From positions 1-29,379 of the forward strand of contig JBNKNM010000050.1 of the NCBI GenBank assembly GCA_050293845.1: DNA of 29,379 nucleotides, given 5' to 3'. Below are positions 1 to 7,583 of this stretch, one piece after another. The notes under the pieces were generated by a model. That model was not told the origin of the DNA and made no database searches. It worked only from the letters and a program-made list of their open reading frames with translations. Within the stretch, counting starts at the first letter, position 1; every line of letters starts with the position of its first letter. A program made the position numbers and the translations under genes. The DNA comes from Pseudobacteriovorax sp. Its GTDB lineage: Bacteria > Bdellovibrionota_B > Oligoflexia > Oligoflexales > Oligoflexaceae.

Positions 1-2
1 TG

Positions 3-293
3 CAATTCTATGACTTTCCTGCGGAACATTGGAGTCATATCCGGTCTACCAATCCAATAGAATCGATGTTTGCCACAGTCCGGCTACGCACCCGCAAAAC
101 AAAAGGCTGCGGGAGCGTAAGCGCTACTCTAGGTATGGTCTTTCAACTATCTCGCTGCGCAGAGAAAAGATGGAAGAGGCTTAACGGTTCGGATTTAATG
201 GCAGATATCATCGATGCTAGATTTAGGTTTAAGGATGGGGTAAAAGAGGCTGTCAGCGATGCCGACTCTCTTACCTCAAACACCAAATTCTGA
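3..293 (+). CDS. IS256-family transposase, 5'-partial
   Basis: The frame is open from position 3 to TGA at 291-293. The ORF-track ATG at 66 is an internal Met after the TNPIES motif. Confidence 0.9.
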   Translation, partial: QFYDFPAEHWSHIRSTNPIESMFATVRLRTRKTKGCGSVSATLGMVFQLSRCAEKRWKRLNGSDLMADIIDARFRFKDGVKEAVSDADSLTSNTKF

Positions 294-1629
294 TATTTCT
301 CTGGTGGCAAAATATTAACCAATCAGAAATTTCAAAGTGACATCTGCTATATTTTTTCTTAATTGATGGAGATACTAGATTTACATTCTTCGGATGTACT
401 AAAAGAATGTCAGGAAAGTTTTTCTCATGGAGATAAACAGGCCGGACAAGTTTGTATTGCAATAGGAAAAGGCTAGCATCAGGGAAAGTAGCTATGGAAA
501 CATTCTGTGGTAACTGACTTAGAGTTCTATGATTAACAAAACTATTTTTACTTATAGTATTGTATATTACCTTCATAGGTTTTGTTGTATTGATACTATA
601 ACATACAAGTAGAGAGTAAATGACCCCTTTTATCATTCCAGATTTATTTTCGAAGTTTATACCGTAGTAATATAAGGTTTCTATAGATAGCAGTACTAAA
701 CCTATTGTAGGTATAATCCCATAGTAGTTCAAAGGTTTCCACATTTCATCGAATCCAGATACCAGGATAATCCCAACGAAAGGTAGAAAAGGAAGTAGAA
801 AAATTAAAGAGCGAACTTTAAATCTGGATATCAAAGGTAGGAAAGGAAGCATTAAGAATATGATAAACCATAACTTTTCTAGTATGATAGTTGGTGACAA
901 CAGGCTTTGATAAGAAGAAATTTTGGAAAAATGATCAAAATCTTTGCCAAAAAATAGAGGTTGGGCAAAGAAGTAAATGATAAATTCTAGTAAAGATATA
1001 AAGCCTAATGTCAGAAATCCACCCCCCAAAAAAATCCATGTCTGAAAGTAGGGATACTTAAAAAGAGAATCATAATGATAGAGCGGGTGTAGACCTGAAA
1101 ATGATACAGCTTCAGTAAGCGCCAAAGAAAATATAGTGAAATCCCTATAAATGTCGCATGAGTCATGATTAACGAAGCCCAAGCTGGGATACCAAGGTAA
1201 CTAATTAAACCAGGGAGATAGATGATGAGTAAGAAAGTTGCGCCATCCCGGACTAGTCAATGATGTCATTGGTATACCAGTTGAGGCAATATGCTTTACT
1301 ACTTGACTAAAAATACTAAAATCAAGGCCGTGATTACCCGCAAATACACGAACCATCTGGTTCATCCATATCATAAAGGGAAAGAGACAGGCAAATAATT
1401 TCGAGAATTTTGGGACAAAATAGAAACTCTGAATAGGGTCTTGCCTTTTCCAAATGACAAAAAAATAGACTAGCAGTAGTAGCCTTGAAATATCTACAGT
1501 GTGAACCCCCGCTATCCAAAGAACAGGTAACAAAACAAGTAAATAAGGAGCGTATTCCATAAATTTTTTAGATATTTTCGCAAGAAGAGTAGCGGTTTCA
1601 GCTTGGAATTTTAACATATTTGCTCTCAA
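271..1629 (-). pseudogene. DUF2079-like multi-pass membrane protein (possible GT-C-type transferase), disrupted by two frameshifts and a C-terminal IS insertion
   Basis: The N-terminal ORF 1201-1629 has the motif GLDFSIFSQ...NFLTHH typical of DUF2079 proteins. A hydrophobic continuation (YLPGLISYLGIPAW...PTFRHGFFWGVDF*) lies in a different frame at 1011-1220. The C-terminal ORF 271-1182 is membrane-rich (...WKPLNYYGIIP...), and its last ~10 codons come from the IS end. Confidence 0.65.
281..301. repeat. Putative right terminal inverted repeat of the IS256-family element (inner boundary uncertain)
   Basis: CACCAAATTCTGATATTTCTC lies at the end of the transposase gene. Its partner IR would be outside the window. 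Confidence 0.65.
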
Positions 1630-1822
1630 TTTGTAGCTGTTCTTAAACCGATATTTATCTTGGGGATATATAACCCAATACTACCCCATTCTAAATTACA
1701 GCTATAACTTGGACTATACTCTATTATTTAACATGCTTCTCTGCAACAAGAATTATGTTGATATGACTCGAATACCATTAGACTTTAGACAAGGTTATTA
1801 TCGATACATCAAGTTCAATGAC

Positions 1823-1849
1823 TTAATTATTAATTCATTGCACCGAAAA
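1823..1849 (+). promoter_or_regulatory. Possible sigma28 (FliA)-like promoter for the NRPS operon
   Basis: TTAA-N15-ACCGAAAA versus consensus TAAA-N15-GCCGATAA, 60 nt upstream of ATG 1910. The AT-rich context makes a chance match possible. Confidence 0.3.
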
Positions 1850-1909
1850 GATATCAAACCTGATTGCCAATAAAACTTCGTTTCAGATTTCAGCAAAGGC
1901 ATTAAAGAT

Positions 1910-4900
1910 ATGCAAAATTTTGTGCCCGTAAGTTATGACCCCTTTCGCATTGTCGGTGAACTGGAGAGCTTTGCACCTGTAAATCATAAGTGTCTAAAGA
2001 TTATCCAGAAATATATAGATGATCCCTACCGCTTAAGTATGTTGGTGGAAGCTTATATTTTAAAGTTCGAAGGTAGGATTGAAAAGGATAAACTACTTGC
2101 ATCTTGCCACGAGCTAAGTCAACAGCTACCTCTTTTGCGAAGCATCTTTAGTGGTGATCTTCGCTCCATCATGGTTTGTAAAGAGGATCGGATTGAAGTC
2201 AAGATCAGTGACTTAAGTCAATTAAGTAGTCGGGACCAGGAGGAAAACTGTAGGAAATATGAAGACGACATCCGTACCCAGGCTTTTGATATTTATAATG
2301 GACCGCTTTTTCGTATACATATTCTACAGCTTAGTGAAAAACACGGTCACTTACTTGTTGCAGTGCACGGGTTGCTCACACAGCAAATCGCTCTCGAATC
2401 ACTGCTTTGTCAGCTAGGTCAGGTTTTTCAGCAACATCAATCTGATCAGCAACTAACGAAAGCTGCTAGTAGTGGACATCTTGCTCTAAGCTCTGGTGAC
2501 GACTTTACAGCAACCTGGCCTGTTAGTATTGTTTCTATGACGAATTTAAGGAGAGCTACTGATACAGATAACAGTACCATGAGCAATAAGACATCCTATG
2601 CAGAACAGGAAGAGCGTATAAAAGAAGTCTGGAAAGAAGTTTTAGGTTTTGAATCGATTCCCCTTGATCAGAGTTTTTTTGATATTGGGGGCCAATCAAT
2701 CCAAGTTGCTACAATTTTGACTAAGCTGCACAAGCGCTTTGATCTAAAGCTGAACCTGCGTGAATTTCAAGATGCACCAACAGTTCGCTCTTTGGCAGCG
2801 TTGCTAGCCAAGGTAGATCAAAAAGAAGCTCGAAGCTTGCAATTAGCAAGCAGCAACGTAAGCCATGCAGCAGCTACATCAATTACAATCTCTGAATTCG
2901 TTGCTGAAGCCCTTCCGTATTTGCCAGATCCCCTTGAGCTGGCCACAGACTATCCGCGGCCACCTAACTGGCAAGGAAAGCTTGCTAGGACAAGTATAGA
3001 ACTTTCTGGAAAATTATGGGAAAAGTGCCAAAAAATATCTCAGCAGCAAAAATCTTGCTCCATCGAATCGTTTATCTTAGGCCAGTTTTTGATCTTACTA
3101 GGTCGCTACACTAGGCAATCGGAAATGATTTGCATGCTCGATCTGCAGGAACGAGCCTTATCTGTTCCCCTTTGCTTTACATGCAACTTAGAACAGTCCT
3201 TAGAGCTGCATTTGCAAAATGTATTTCAACAGCTAGAAAGATGGCCTCATGGCCTATCCATAAATATCAACTCCTTATTAACTAAATTAGACTTACCAAT
3301 AGATGCCAGTCGTTCACAGTTATTTGCTGTGCAGTATAGTTGCTCTACCTCGCCTGGAGGGCAAAAGCCAGGCCTTGCAAATCACACAGGAACACCTGCT
3401 GATTTGCAGCTACATGTTTCGATAGCAAAGGATCAGGCTAGGCTTACTTTGGAATTTCGCTCTGATCTCTTTGAAGAAAAGAGCATGCAAAGCTTTTTGG
3501 CAGCTCTTGAACAGCTTTGTTCGATTGATGAAAGCCAGTTAAGTATGGCAATCGGGCGATTAACTTTATTATCAAATCAGCAAGAAGCAAGGATGGTTAC
3601 TGATCACAATCAGACCCAAAAGAATTTTTCCGGACCACCATACCTTCATAAACTCATAGATTTGGCTGCAAAGACCAACCCTGAAACCACTGCTATTCAA
3701 TTTAATGAACGTCAAGTCAGCTATCGGCAGCTGGAGGAGCAAGCCAATCAAGCGGCCCATATGCTTCTCAGTAAGGGTGTTCAGGTTGGTGATATTGTTG
3801 GCATATCCCTCTACCGCTCGCCAGAGATGATCATCGCTATGCTGGCGATCCTTAAAGCGGGTGCCACATATATGCCTATGGACCCTGACTATCCCATCGA
3901 GCGTCTAGACTATATGTTAGAGAATTCTAAAGCTCGCTTTGTGGTAACGGAAAATGCTATAGTGCGGCAATGGCCTCAACGGTCCGTGCAGTATCTGCTA
4001 TTGGATAAGTTACATGAGCAGTTGAGCGGTTTTCCGAAATATTGTCCTAATTTAAAAAACCTTAAAGAGTCCTCGCTCGCCTATGTTATCTATACTTCAG
4101 GTTCGACAGGTAAACCTAAGGGTGTTGCCATTTCCCATCGAGCAGTAGTTAACTTTTTACACGCCTTGGAGCAGAAAGTTAATTTTACTAGCCATGATCG
4201 TTTACTAGCTGTAACAACGATTTCCTTTGATATTTCTGTGCTAGAGATTTTTTCAACCTTGAAAGCAGGAGGAACTTTAATCCTCATGTCACAGGAATCA
4301 ACCCTTGATGCGACAGCATTACAGGAAGCCATGAATCGTCATGATATTAGTATAATGCAAGCAACACCTGCTACTTGGCGTTTACTGCTAGAGTCGGGGT
4401 GGCAGGGGAAAAGCAATTTAACTGTCATCTGTGGTGGGGAGGCTTTTCCTCGAGATCTGGCATCTCAGCTCGTGCCAGTTGTGAAAACAGTTTGGAATGC
4501 CTACGGACCGACAGAGGCTACGGTTTGGGCAAGCCTTTACCCCATTGTGGATGCTGAACAAGCCATTCTCATCGGTAAACCGATGGCTAACTACAAAACT
4601 TATGTATTAGATGAGCACCTCCAGACTGTTCCTCAGGGAATGACCGGCAACCTTTATCTTGGTGGCGAAAGTTTAGCGGAAGGGTATCTCAATCGAGAAG
4701 ATCTTACCAAAGGGCGTTTTATTGCAAACCCCTTTGTTCAACAGGAAAAAATATATGATACCGGAGATGTTGTACGTTACCGCAGTGATTTAAACTTAGA
4801 ATATATTTCAAGACGCGATAATCAGGTTAAAATTCGTGGATTTCGCATTGAACTTGGTGAAATTGAAGCTTTGGTCAGTAGCTTAGACCAGGTTAAGCAG

Positions 4901-5377
4901 GGAGTTGTAATCGTCCGTGAGGATGAACCGGGCGATAAACGCTTAGTCTGTTACGTATTACTAAGAGAAGGCATGCAGTTAACAAAGTCACAACTGGATC
5001 AACATCTGACTAAATCTCTTCCTGACTATATGATTCCCAACCATTTGATGATTCTCGATCATATACCATTGACAGGTAGCGGCAAGGTTGATCGCAAATC
5101 TCTGCCACAGCCAAATAGTGAAAGAAAGGTGGTAACTGGCCATGACGATGAATTACCATCCAGTACTTTGGAAAAGCAGATTGCTGAGATCTGGTCGCAA
5201 CAACTGGGGGTTGACTATATCACGGTTCACGATAATTTTTTTGATATCGGCGGCCATTCTCTGCTAGCTATTAAAACTGTAAAAGCTATGGTTAAGCTAA
5301 GCTCTATGAAGCTTGGTATCCGCGACTTACTTACTAATACATTAGGGCAGCTTGCCGCTCAATTAGAGCGTAACTAA
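1910..5377 (+). CDS. Non-ribosomal peptide synthetase: degenerate C(N-lobe)-PCP-C(C-lobe)-A(Gly-type)-PCP
   Basis: PCP motifs FFDIGGQS (~2687) and FFDIGGHS (C-terminal). A-domain cores YTSGSTGKPKG, FDIS, NAYGPTE, YDTGD, QVKIRGFRIELGEIE, LPDYMIP and GKVDR. C-domain remnants AFDIYNGPLFR and LELATDYPRP. The HHxxxDG motif is replaced by HGLLTQQ. Confidence 0.93.
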   Translation: MQNFVPVSYDPFRIVGELESFAPVNHKCLKIIQKYIDDPYRLSMLVEAYILKFEGRIEKDKLLASCHELSQQLPLLRSIFSGDLRSIMVCKEDRIEVKISDLSQLSSRDQEENCRKYEDDIRTQAFDIYNGPLFRIHILQLSEKHGHLLVAVHGLLTQQIALESLLCQLGQVFQQHQSDQQLTKAASSGHLALSSGDDFTATWPVSIVSMTNLRRATDTDNSTMSNKTSYAEQEERIKEVWKEVLGFESIPLDQSFFDIGGQSIQVATILTKLHKRFDLKLNLREFQDAPTVRSLAALLAKVDQKEARSLQLASSNVSHAAATSITISEFVAEALPYLPDPLELATDYPRPPNWQGKLARTSIELSGKLWEKCQKISQQQKSCSIESFILGQFLILLGRYTRQSEMICMLDLQERALSVPLCFTCNLEQSLELHLQNVFQQLERWPHGLSININSLLTKLDLPIDASRSQLFAVQYSCSTSPGGQKPGLANHTGTPADLQLHVSIAKDQARLTLEFRSDLFEEKSMQSFLAALEQLCSIDESQLSMAIGRLTLLSNQQEARMVTDHNQTQKNFSGPPYLHKLIDLAAKTNPETTAIQFNERQVSYRQLEEQANQAAHMLLSKGVQVGDIVGISLYRSPEMIIAMLAILKAGATYMPMDPDYPIERLDYMLENSKARFVVTENAIVRQWPQRSVQYLLLDKLHEQLSGFPKYCPNLKNLKESSLAYVIYTSGSTGKPKGVAISHRAVVNFLHALEQKVNFTSHDRLLAVTTISFDISVLEIFSTLKAGGTLILMSQESTLDATALQEAMNRHDISIMQATPATWRLLLESGWQGKSNLTVICGGEAFPRDLASQLVPVVKTVWNAYGPTEATVWASLYPIVDAEQAILIGKPMANYKTYVLDEHLQTVPQGMTGNLYLGGESLAEGYLNREDLTKGRFIANPFVQQEKIYDTGDVVRYRSDLNLEYISRRDNQVKIRGFRIELGEIEALVSSLDQVKQGVVIVREDEPGDKRLVCYVLLREGMQLTKSQLDQHLTKSLPDYMIPNHLMILDHIPLTGSGKVDRKSLPQPNSERKVVTGHDDELPSSTLEKQIAEIWSQQLGVDYITVHDNFFDIGGHSLLAIKTVKAMVKLSSMKLGIRDLLTNTLGQLAAQLERN

Positions 5378-5402
5378 TCTAAAGTAGGAGATCATTCAGA
5401 TC

Positions 5403-6203
5403 GTGCAATTAAAGCAGAACAGTTTTTACTTGGAAGATCAGCCTGGAATCTATGTTTTACATCGACCAGCAATCAAAAATCCTCGTCAGCATGCAGTACT
5501 AATTTGTGGACCTGCTCCTTTCGAATTCTTTCGTAGTCACTGGACCAGAAATCAGATGGGTCAACGACTTGCTAAATTGGGATTTGATACCTTTTGTTTT
5601 GACTATCCATGCTCCGGTGATTCGGGTGGCGAATCGAAGAACTTCTCCATGGAAAAATCTTTACAAAGCCTATTGAGCTTGGCACACTACGCTATTGCAG
5701 ATATTGGCAGTCAGTATCTTAGCATAGTGGGATTGCGCTTAGGAGCAAACCTGGCCTTAAAGGCCTCCATCGAACTAGAAATAAATACCCTATTTCTAGT
5801 GGACCCTGTCCTCGACGGACAGGCTTACCTTGATCAGATAAAAGCCATGCAACATGATTTATTAAATGATAACTACTATGAACCCCCATTCCCTGATGCT
5901 AGCCGCGGCTTGGACGAAGCTCTCGGTTATCCTTTGGTGCAACCTTTTGTCGGTGAACTATCCCAGTTAAAACCCGATGCTGCATTAGCTAAAGCTCATC
6001 AGATCGTTTTTCTGACAAGTGGTGAGGAGCGAAAGCAGGTTAAAGACTTCAGTAATATGTGTTCAAGATCAGAAAAAAAACCGCTCTATATTGAGACACC
6101 AGATGAATTTCATTGGAAAGATTGGCGTTATACTAACATCCAAATTATGCCACGAACTTTCTTAAAGACCTTGGAAAAGCACTTTTCTGGAGGTGAAAAA
6201 TGA
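5403..6203 (+). CDS. Alpha/beta-hydrolase-fold protein, 'hydrolase 2' type lacking a Ser nucleophile (GLRLG)
   Basis: FDYPCSGDSGG, VGLRLGANL and LVDPVLDGQAYL motifs resemble the exosortase-A-associated hydrolase 2 family. GTG start with AGGAG upstream. Confidence 0.8.
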   Translation: MQLKQNSFYLEDQPGIYVLHRPAIKNPRQHAVLICGPAPFEFFRSHWTRNQMGQRLAKLGFDTFCFDYPCSGDSGGESKNFSMEKSLQSLLSLAHYAIADIGSQYLSIVGLRLGANLALKASIELEINTLFLVDPVLDGQAYLDQIKAMQHDLLNDNYYEPPFPDASRGLDEALGYPLVQPFVGELSQLKPDAALAKAHQIVFLTSGEERKQVKDFSNMCSRSEKKPLYIETPDEFHWKDWRYTNIQIMPRTFLKTLEKHFSGGEK

Positions 6204-7471
6204 AACAGCAAGTTATTAGCTGTGGTAGTCACGGTCATCTTACCGGCATTTTATCGCAACCAGATCAGCCCACAGATACTAAGATTGCATTTCTCACTTG
6301 GAATACAGGTATCGGTACCCGGGTGGGTCATTTCCGTGGCCACTATGAAATGGCGATGGTTCTAGCTGAGGCCGATTATAGTCTTTTTCGCTTTGATCTT
6401 GCGGGACGTGGCGATAGTTTGCAGCGAGCAGAGACAGTAGATGAGCAACAACGGAATAGCCTTGATATTATTGATGCCATGGACTATCTACAAAAGCAAC
6501 ATGGCTACGACTACTTTGTACTCTTAGGAATTTGCTCAGGAGCTGTCGATTTACATCATGTTGCAAGAATCGATTATCGCGTTATCGGCTTCGTGATGGT
6601 CGATACCTATATTCATCCTACGCGATGGTTTAAATTTTACTATTATTTGCAGCGATTAACCCCTCTGCGTATATGGCGCGCTGGGCGACGACGCCTAAAG
6701 CTGTGGTTCTCAACTGTGACCGCACCAAAAGACATGTTTTTTGGAGTCTATCCAGATCGTGATGAAATAAGAGCAGCCTGGCGGGATTTTATGAAACGAG
6801 ATCTTGCCACTATGGTGATTTTCACAGGTGGTTTTAACTACCTGTACAGCTATGCACGACAATTTCAAGATATGCTGGGTGATGTGAAACTAAATCGTCG
6901 ATTTCGCTTCCATTGGTTGAAGCACAGTGATCATATCTTTACATTGATAAACCAGAGGCAACAATTTCATCGACTTTTGCTTGACTGGATTCAGAAAAGT
7001 CTACCGACAATTAATGAACAAGCCACAAAGCTTGCTCAGCTGACTTTACCTAAGGAGATTTCCCGTTCGATTCAATCGTTAACAGAGGAAAAATTCATCG
7101 TCTCCTTAGTACAATCAAAATCATTTCGCTCTGACGAATTGCTTACTATCCTCCATTGCTATCGCCATGCCTTAACAGATGAGGTAGGTGCTCATAGCGC
7201 ACAAGTTTCTCCAACATTTAAACCAAGATTGGGACGTGATCAATGGGGGAACCCGGCCTGGTTTTGCGCTTCTCCCGAATCGCAGGGAGGCTGGCAATTA
7301 TTGCTAGATGAAAACAACTCTCCAACTATTGCGAATTATGATAAGGAAGCCATACAATTAGGACGCGATGAGCATGGAAATCCGGCTAGTTTTGTGAGAT
7401 CGAAGAATTCGAATTCCTGGTATCGGTTGCCCCCCCCTGAGGCTTCCGCCTTTTCCAATATAAGTAAATAA
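6200..7471 (+). CDS. Alpha/beta-hydrolase/acyltransferase, 'hydrolase 1' type (GICSG), with a ~150 aa C-terminal extension
   Basis: NTGIGTRVG, FRFDLAGRGDS, LLGICSGA and SDHIF (catalytic His) motifs. ATGA overlap with the upstream gene indicates translational coupling. The tail carries two LGRDxxGNPAxF repeats. Confidence 0.82.
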   Translation: MKQQVISCGSHGHLTGILSQPDQPTDTKIAFLTWNTGIGTRVGHFRGHYEMAMVLAEADYSLFRFDLAGRGDSLQRAETVDEQQRNSLDIIDAMDYLQKQHGYDYFVLLGICSGAVDLHHVARIDYRVIGFVMVDTYIHPTRWFKFYYYLQRLTPLRIWRAGRRRLKLWFSTVTAPKDMFFGVYPDRDEIRAAWRDFMKRDLATMVIFTGGFNYLYSYARQFQDMLGDVKLNRRFRFHWLKHSDHIFTLINQRQQFHRLLLDWIQKSLPTINEQATKLAQLTLPKEISRSIQSLTEEKFIVSLVQSKSFRSDELLTILHCYRHALTDEVGAHSAQVSPTFKPRLGRDQWGNPAWFCASPESQGGWQLLLDENNSPTIANYDKEAIQLGRDEHGNPASFVRSKNSNSWYRLPPPEASAFSNISK

Positions 7472-7495
7472 ATTCAGCTAAATACAGCAAGGAAC

Positions 7496-7522
7496 TTAGC
7501 TTTTTGGCGATGCTACCGATAG
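7496..7522 (+). promoter_or_regulatory. Sigma28 (FliA)-like promoter upstream of the NRPS-PKS gene
   Basis: TTAG-N15-ACCGATAG with exact 15-nt spacing, in the 112-nt gap before ATG 7584. Confidence 0.45.
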
Positions 7523-7583
7523 CAAGGGACGTTTCATTTTTTCAGTCTAGACAGAAATTGATGCCCAACAGCAAAGGTTAGCC

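Larger units (their letters stand above)
1..301 (+). mobile_element. IS256-family insertion sequence, right-hand part (transposase C-terminus plus terminal inverted repeat); runs off the window start
   Basis: Frame 3 from position 3 reads QFYDFPAEHWSHIRSTNPIESMFATVRLRTRKTKGCGS...AEKRWKRLNG...FKDG, the IS256 Mutator-type DDE C-terminal signature (FP..HW..IRSTN.IE). The sequence CACCAAATTCTGATATTTCTC at 281-301 resembles IS256-family ends. Confidence 0.9.

Noticed and set aside
66..293. Independent 75-aa protein
   Set aside because: It is the C-terminus of a transposase whose frame is open from the window start.
1201..1203. In-frame TAG as a recoded or read-through codon (pyrrolysine/alternative code) joining two ORFs
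   Set aside because: The plausible protein sequence lies in another frame across this region, and TAG terminates other genes in the window normally (21333, 28234).
2546..2581. Internal start (AAGGAG...ATG) producing a separate PCP-first protein
   Set aside because: The spacing between the SD-like sequence and ATG 2579 is ~27 nt, too long, and the frame is continuous.
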